From the NCBI GenBank assembly GCA_030167865.1, contig JALAGF010003940.1, forward strand, positions 1 through 64,000: DNA of 64,000 bases. Direction: 5' to 3'. Below the pieces are notes generated by a model. The model searched no databases, had not been told where the DNA came from, and saw only the letters and a list, made by a program, of their open reading frames with translations. Each line of letters opens with the position of its first letter. The stretch's first letter is position 1. This DNA is from Craspedostauros australis. Taxonomy: Eukaryota. Positions 56,608-64,000 of this stretch are shown here, in pieces. The position numbers were made by a program, and so were the translations under genes.

Positions 56608-58746
56608 CTTGCGTATAATATAAAATGTGTGACTGTGCTGAGTGGTATGCGCTCCGAATCGATCTCCGAAATGAAGTCAAAGGCGAAGAAAAGCAGAGTG
56701 AGGCTTTTCTGGTCGGCGAGTTGCGAGTTATGATTCCTCGGATGCAAGTTGGTCTTGCTCGCTCTTTTTGCTCTTTCGCTGTCCAATGTGCGCAGAACTG
56801 CTTCGTGTTTGTGGCTGTCGAGATTGGTCCAACGCAAGTCCTTGCGCTATACTCTATTCTGGAGTAGAATCTCGAGGGGCAACGAGAGAGTGCTTGTATG
56901 GATGTTACGGAGCTTTCGGCGCTTCGTTCGATCGTTCGTTCGTTCGATGGCACGTTCGATGGTTCGTTGGTTCCTTCCTTCGCTCAACTCGGTTGTGCTG
57001 TGTCAGTGTCTGCAGTTGTGCTCAACTTTCTCTCTTGTGCGCTTCGGAGTCGTTCGTTCACTTTCGGAATGCTTGTCGATGTCGTTCTTGTTGGAAAATG
57101 GCAATGACGATGGTGGATGGATGGGTGGATAGAGATGGATGGATGGAGATGGATGGATGGGCAATGCCTCGTTGGATGGTGGTGTGTTGGTGTTGTGATC
57201 GATCGTGCGTTGTGGCTGCTCACAGTCCAAATGTCCAACTTTGGTGCCTGTCAAGTTGCGGAGTGTGTTGTGGCGTCGCGATGTGTGTTGCGTTGCGTTG
57301 TGTTGCATTCCGTTGCGCACTTCGCTCTGCTCTCGCCCTGTCTCGTCTTGCTTCTCCCATCGGTTTCTGTTGCGCTTGGATCGCGCTGTTCGTTGTTTCT
57401 TGTGTTTGTCTGTCGCAACGATTCAAATGCGAAAAACTTTCCGCTTCCATCCCACTGGCATGCCACCAACAACGGTTTGCGCAACTCACAAGATCCGTGT
57501 GGTTGGGTCCAACGAATTTGGCAGGCATCCACAACCTTCACACACGAATGCAACATAAAATGTCACATAGGTGATGCTCCGCGCGTTCCGCCACAAAGTT
57601 GGTGCTGCTCAACATGTGGGTTGGACATGTGCATCCAATGCACCATTCATGACTGAAGCCACATTTGCGCGACTATCCATGTGACACAAAGTTTTACACA
57701 TGTTTCTCGGCATCTCACTTGTGGGGCAACAAATCTGTCCAAAAAATTTGGTTTGGAGAATTTTGGGGATTGTCGTAAATTGTTGGTAGTCGCACGAAAC
57801 TCCTCGACTGAAACGATGAATTTGGTTCACATGTCTCTTGATTCAATGGGATAGACTTGTTGAACGCGTATCGCAGATGGACACATCGGTTTGAGGAAAG
57901 AAAGGAGGCAACACCCAGAATCTATATCTACCATAGTAATTTTATGTCTCAAAATAAGTTTAACTTGCTTTCCATTTCTCTATTACTCTCTATGGCGAAC
58001 TCTCTGTCTAGAGAGGGCGATTGCGTGGTCACGAATGATGCGATCACTCCATTCCCGTGTTTTCGACAACTGTGATCAACTTTTTCATGTGTTTCAATCA
58101 GTCCCGAGAATTCCGATCCATTCACAGATCATCGATCCCGTTGATTGATTCGCTTGATTAGATCCATCTAAGTGACAGAAACTAGAATTGGAAGAAACCA
58201 CGCAGGCGACGAGAATATGACATTGCACCACATCCTACAACGAGAACAAGCTTGGCGATGTTCCATGCTGTATTACGGCTTGGAATGCACGTATTGGTGT
58301 CAATTCGTCCTTCTCGTTGCTGTGGAACATGTCGGGGAAGAGCGATTTCGGTCCCTGCGATTCGTATCGCTATGTTGAACTTCATGCAGAGGTCTTGTGC
58401 CTTGCAGCAGAGATCTCGTTCACACTCGCTTGTACGGCGGAGGTCTTGACACATCATGATTGGTGGTTCGGGGCATGTGTATGGCTTTGTATGTGCGACT
58501 TTGTGTCTGTATGTCTGAAAGCACGACAGAGTGCAGGCGTTTGCCGCATCCGAAAGGGACAATGATCAATTTTGGTGCGCCCTCCATACCAGTATTCATC
58601 TTGGTTGCCGAATCCTCTGTTCTATCTTGTCTCCCATTCGTTTGTGTGAATGGTCGGCATTCAATGGTGTTGTTGAATGTGGATGAGTCGCAGCCATGAG
58701 CAATCGTCGATGACCACCAGTCCATCATGAAGTGCCGTCCGTTCGA

Positions 58747-58750
<4 letters not shown>

Positions 58751-58780
<30 letters not shown>
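58751..58780. repeat. (TC)15 microsatellite
   Basis: Read directly. Shorter GA/CT tracts occur at about 36973, 37193 and 38815. Confidence 0.9.
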
Positions 58781-58784
<4 letters not shown>

Positions 58785-60420
58785 GACAAGACACGTGATC
58801 GATGGTTCGAGACATGCAGACAAGACATCATTGGGTGTGTTGAGCATCCGATCATGTATGGCAATCGAGTTGCGGAAACCTGTGGCATTCGATACAATGT
58901 CAGGTAGCCAGAGATCTTTGTCTGCTCCCAAGGCAGATCTCTAGAATCAGTCACCTCTTGACGTTGAGAGGAAACGAGGTTAAAAAGAGCACAACGGGTA
59001 TGTTGATGTTGATCGGATCACTGCACAGGTCCGATGATTGAATGCTTGTATCGCTGAAACAGGCACAACTTCCTTGGCACAAGAAAGGAGATAGGTGCAT
59101 CTTAATAACGTTGCATGTACTCATACTACTTAGGCGAGTGCAACAAGAAGCCTTCAGTCTGGCGTGGAGGATCAAATGGGTGGCTAAGATTAACCGTGCC
59201 GGCATCGTGAACACGTCTTTTTCGCAAGAACTTGCTTGCTCCCTGCATGCTTGGCAATATCCCATCAGATTTCTTGTGATGTCATCTTGGGTGGACTGTC
59301 TGAACAACACTTTGCAACAAGACGGTCTTGGTACTATTAATAGCTTGCTCCTGACATACGAAGACTACGACTACTCGTACTGGTAGTTCTCACAACTATT
59401 GTGCGTCTTGACGCTCAGGACACCCATGGCATTCATCCCCGTGAGGTCAAGATGATGGTGGTACCGATGCATATATATTTGTATAGGTTCGTATGTGTTC
59501 GTTGGTGAACCGGTCAATCAGCCATCATCTGCATTCACAACATCGTCTGACGAACTCCGCAAGATGTCGTTGATGTCAGAGATGACTCCATTCTTGACGG
59601 ACTCGTCTGTACCCGCGCAGCCCGCCAAGCGATGAAGGTGGATACTGGTGAAAAGATGAATCGGTGGCGATGTGGAGCAGAAAATCGAGACTCGTGATTC
59701 CAACTCCTGTGTTTCATCAATACCATCTTCGTCTGCGGCCATCGCCTCATCTCATGTCTGTGACTCTGTGCGAGGAGGTGGATCCATCAGCTCACCTGCC
59801 GTTGATCATCAGGTTCCTGTTCGTGGCTCGCACAGACGCAGACATCCATTGTTCTCTCTCGCCATCGTCGCTTTGGCTGGCGGTGATCGCGAAAGGTAGA
59901 AAGACGCTTTGAGCAGTCTTCGTTGAAGTGTTTACTGCACGAAGCGTTGTGACATGAACTGTGTGAGGATAGAATTGTCATTCGGGAAAAAACGGTACAG
60001 GCTTGACGAACGCGACAGTATCAATTATGAATATCGTTAAGTAACACAGTCTTGATGATTCGACCTTTGGTAGTCACAAACTGCACGGTTTTGGCACCTA
60101 CAGCCAATCAAAAAGTGCTCAGCGTCGCGCAACCATAATCTCGGCTATTGCTTGTTGTGCACATCCCTTGTCCACCAGATAGCGTTTGTCGCTCGTGGTC
60201 GCTTGTTCCTCACTTTTGTTTCCGTCGTTGTCCTCTCGACCCGAAACACCGTAAACCATCTCACATCAAGCGCACGAGCGTGGTGCCTGTCCACAGAAGT
60301 CTCTCCTTCATCCCACAATTTCAAAAGCCGAGCAACTGAAACCGCAACAAATACCAAGACAACAATCCACAGCAACTTACATCAACTCACAGCATTACAA
60401 TAACTCACAACATTACGACA

Positions 60421-61056
60421 ATGCCAGCCGCACGCAATACCACACAGTTCGAACAGATCATGATGCCCACCAGCGAAGAGATGCCACTCCCAAAGAACTT
60501 CGCACCAGGCCCAACCCACGTGGTCTGCATGAGAGGCAATCTGTTCTGGGAACACAAGGGCAACCAGCTGTACCGCAACCTCATCAAGGCAGCGATCCCG
60601 CAGTACAAGCTCGCGAGAAACCGCATCGAAAAGAGCCGCATCGTCTCGCAGATCATCGAAAGTGTCTACTGTGGCATCACGCCCGGCGGATTCATCAAAC
60701 GATCGCGCGATGGCATGTCTTGGATGGCGTGCACGAACGACTTCGTTCGGGAGAAGATCGGCCAGAGTCTCAGAGATGGCCTGCACGGACGCTACAAGTC
60801 CAGCACAAAAGCCAAGAAGCGCCGTTGCAAGGAGCTCAAATTGAAGCTGAGCTCCAACTTGGAAACGATCGTGAAGTCCAGACAGTACGTCAGCGACGCG
60901 ATGAAGTTCCTGTCACGAAAGGTCGAGATCGAACAGCCAGCAAACGACGACGATTTTCACAAGATCTTCCTGCAAGCAAACAACTGCCTGCTGCAATCCA
61001 TCAAGTCGGACACCACGATACTTCCCGAATACACATCGCTGTGCTCGAACAAATAG
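60421..61056 (+). CDS. DUF6824-domain protein (diatom-expanded family)
   Basis: VVCMRGN...HKGNQLYRNLI...Y...EKSRIVSQII...GGFIK...W...VREKIGQSLRD followed by a basic KAKKRR. Confidence 0.82.
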   Translation: MPAARNTTQFEQIMMPTSEEMPLPKNFAPGPTHVVCMRGNLFWEHKGNQLYRNLIKAAIPQYKLARNRIEKSRIVSQIIESVYCGITPGGFIKRSRDGMSWMACTNDFVREKIGQSLRDGLHGRYKSSTKAKKRRCKELKLKLSSNLETIVKSRQYVSDAMKFLSRKVEIEQPANDDDFHKIFLQANNCLLQSIKSDTTILPEYTSLCSNK

Positions 61057-61914
61057 AGCGGCAGCCCTTGCGCGCTTGTGAAGGGATCAACCGCAGGCAG
61101 CGAAGAGGACTCATCAACCATTGAACATAGCTAGTATATTATACATGATTGTACCATTAACACACACTGTATTACTACACATACTCCAAAGCGTACCCGT
61201 CCAATGATCGTAAAGCTTGCAGAGTAGAGTACAGATGTGCTCCGAACACACCGCGACACGGCAGCGCACTGCATGATCGAAAGCCCTGCGCGCCTTCATT
61301 CATGTCATCTTGCGCTGTCGTCGTCGTCGACATCGTCGTCGTCGTCAGCACCATTGCTCAGATGTTGCCCCGCCGAGCAGAGGTATCTTTCCATCATCGC
61401 AGTCGCCAACGTCAAGATTCGATCATCAATGTCGTGACGCAGGAACATCAACGAAAGATCCAAAAGAGATGGGAATCAACAACGCTGCACCTCTTTCATT
61501 CGTGCGGATGGATGCTGGCATTGGTGAATGAGGGGTGTTCTTCTTCTCACAAGAATGCACTCCCATTGCGCCCCTTGCGTATCCAAACGACTCGTCATAG
61601 TCGCCATTGCTTGCGATCGTATCTTGTGACCGGCGATGAAATGCGATCCAGTCTCACTGGTACCACCTGAAAAATTGTCGTCATCGATTCCCGTGCAACG
61701 GATCCCGTCATTCCTACGCGTACGTGCTCCTCGAAATGGTTGATGCTGCAGATTGCTCACTGGTTCTGCGAGTTTGCGGGTGGTAGCGATTCAACAGCAC
61801 GTGTCCGAGTCCCAACCCAATGGAGTATGTAGCGATTCATTGACGGTTCAGCGAGAGGTCCTCCTTCTGAGATCCACAATCAGACGTGGGTGATCTTCAT
61901 CGACGTTCCACAAG

Positions 61915-62877
61915 TCACAGACTCCGGTCGACGTCCACGGGTCCACGCAGATCGCCGCGAAACTTGCCCACCACCCGGTCATTCCCATTCCCACCATCGT
62001 TGACCATCCACACGACTCCAGAGATCTCTGCCGCAATGACGCCATCCCGGCCACGCGTCGGATCGGCCTTGATGAAGCCCTTGTAGATGTACCTGCTGCC
62101 GGCCTCCTTGATCTTCCATCGCGCAGATAGCTGCACGGCACCGCGGCGGATTTCGGATGGTTTGGTGAGCCAGCGTCCGGAGGATCGGTTCGTAACGATC
62201 GTGGTCGGTACGGACGATTCTCTTGCGACGCTGCCCCGGGCGTCTTGGAATGTGCACGTTGTTTCGATCGCCATCGTGCCCTTGTTCGGTTCATCGGCGA
62301 ATCCAGAAAAGGTGGCGATGGATGTGCAAAGCTGCGTGGTCTTCTCTGTCACCTTGGGCCGTTTGCCATTCGTGCCGACCGCCATTTCGGACAGCGCTTG
62401 CTTCACTCTGGGATCGTTGACGTCGCGTTCTTCAATGATCCGCCATTGCGTGCCTCTCATGCTCTTCAGCACCATCGCGTCCGACATTTGTTGAGCCTGC
62501 GTTTGCATTGGCATGTTCCCAGAGACTGCCGGAGACGAAGCTGCGTCAATATCCGTGCTCACGCTCGAACTCGTTGCTGCATTTCCGCTGATGCCACCAA
62601 CATCTGGAGATATCAGCATCGACGATCCAGCCAAAAGCCGCATCAACGACTCGCTTTCGTCCTGTGCGTTTGGCGAATGAAGATGATGTTCGAAACCGCT
62701 GAACGCAACGCCGCGACGCAGGGTGGCATGGTGTGACTGCAGCTGAACCCGAGCGTATTGCGGCAGATCTCCATGGACAACCGCGTCGTGAATCGGTAGC
62801 GCGAGCCCGTCGCAACAGATGTGCCGCGGCGATGCCAGAAGAGTCGCGATCACGACGGTGACGACGACCAACTTCAT
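61915..62877 (-). CDS. Hypothetical protein with signal peptide, possibly plastid-targeted
   Basis: Likely start MKLVVVTVVIATLLAS within the 368-aa ORF. The C-terminal half looks globular and beta-rich (GTQWRI, SGRWLTKPSEIRRGAVQLSARWK, VVGKFRGDL). Confidence 0.65.
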   Translation of the reverse strand: MKLVVVTVVIATLLASPRHICCDGLALPIHDAVVHGDLPQYARVQLQSHHATLRRGVAFSGFEHHLHSPNAQDESESLMRLLAGSSMLISPDVGGISGNAATSSSVSTDIDAASSPAVSGNMPMQTQAQQMSDAMVLKSMRGTQWRIIEERDVNDPRVKQALSEMAVGTNGKRPKVTEKTTQLCTSIATFSGFADEPNKGTMAIETTCTFQDARGSVARESSVPTTIVTNRSSGRWLTKPSEIRRGAVQLSARWKIKEAGSRYIYKGFIKADPTRGRDGVIAAEISGVVWMVNDGGNGNDRVVGKFRGDLRGPVDVDRSL

Positions 62878-63270
62878 GAATTTGATTGGCATGCAACACA
62901 GATCGACATGGTCTTCCATCCTGCTGGGCTCTTCATGTTTAATGCCGCTCAAAGGGGATCTCGGACTGCGTTGGTGCGTGTCCTTGGTTGGTGGAGGAGA
63001 GGAGATGTTGATCACATCCAAGGGGAGACATGGCGTTCACAATTTCTCGCGCGCAGTTGTCTACCACGAATGATACAGAGAGTCGACCAATCCGACCACA
63101 ATCTCAAGAGACGCGCCAAATCCACCAGGATCGATGTGCCTGACGTAAGTTCGTTGTCAACAAGAGGGAACCACAATGCTCATTCTCTGCCAAGAGACAT
63201 ACTGCCACCGCAATCGCAATCAAGCATCGCAACCATCTTGCGAGGACAGTGCCACAGCAGCAGCCAAATC

Positions 63271-63630
63271 ATGCTCTCCAACCTCGCAGCCTCCACATTG
63301 CGCAGGAGCGTGACATGCGCCGCGCGACGATGCGTCGTGACACGCAGCCTGCATGTCGAAAAACGGCTGAAAGAGCTCGGCATCGAACTGCCCCCACCGT
63401 CGTCGCCGCGCGCTAATTACAACATCGTGTGCCATGCTTCCGGTAACATGATGTACGTGTCGGGCCATCTGCCATTCCAACCGGATGGTACCTTGATGAC
63501 GGGACGCATCGGAGAGGGCGGTCGCGACAAGGATTATGGATACGAAGCGGCCCGGCATGCTGGCCTCAACATCATTTCGACCTTGAAGGAGCAGCTGGGG
63601 GATCTGGACCGCGTGGAGCAGGTCGTTAAG
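63271..63630 (+). CDS. RidA/YjgF/YER057c family protein, first exon; continues beyond the window
   Basis: Mitochondrial-type MLSNLAASTLRR presequence, VEKRLKELGIELP, ANY, YVSGHLP and LGDLDRVEQVVK, then donor AAG|gtgcga. Confidence 0.85.
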
Positions 63631-64000
63631 GTGCGAGATTGTTGATGCGTGGGCTTGTGAAAGAGCGTCATCCTCACCAGCGCATGGGTGGAGTTGCACC
63701 GCGTTGGATGGATGGAACGTGGTTGGCCTGAATCGGATCCAACCGAACTGGTTTCGGAAACAGATGCAGAGAAGCTGAAGAAACAGGACATCAAGATTTG
63801 CAACTCAGCTGGGTGTGGGTGGACTGCCATGGATGGATGCTGCCAGGTCGTCAATGTGACTGGATGTGGATGCGAATGTGAACAACCGGAAGGAATGATT
63901 TCTGAGCAATGAAGCTCTGGTCAACTTACAAGTGGCAGCTCACATTGCGTCCCATGCTACTGCATCCCTTTTCTCCACTCCCACGCTCTATCTTCTCAAA

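Overview
Eukaryotic nuclear DNA, most likely from a diatom. This is inferred from bipartite plastid-type presequences, GT-AG introns, a DUF6824 protein, RxL-containing P/S/T-repeat membrane proteins and a stramenopile-like casein kinase I. About 16 protein genes are supported. The main signal is a set of three large, intronless, minus-strand genes (<1-3239, missing from the ORF track; 14508-17111; 29286-32291). They share a variable N-terminus, a P-loop NTPase and a C-terminal PD-(D/E)xK restriction-endonuclease-like domain, resembling Crinkler/RHS-type (CR) NTPase-REase conflict proteins. Two copies have a degenerate nuclease site. The third keeps PD...QxK and carries a signal peptide followed by F, as in a plastid-targeting presequence. 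Four single-pass RxL-containing membrane proteins are also present; three have P/S/T-rich stalks and two end in or near a PDZ domain. Housekeeping genes include FabI, an acyl-protein thioesterase, an HTTM protein, CK1, an LRR protein and RidA. The window also holds a Rossmann-like/FAD-oxidoreductase fusion, a CpG-depleted tRNA-like plus probable non-LTR relic, and a dispersed ~120-bp repeat. All family assignments come from motif recognition by eye, not from database searches.
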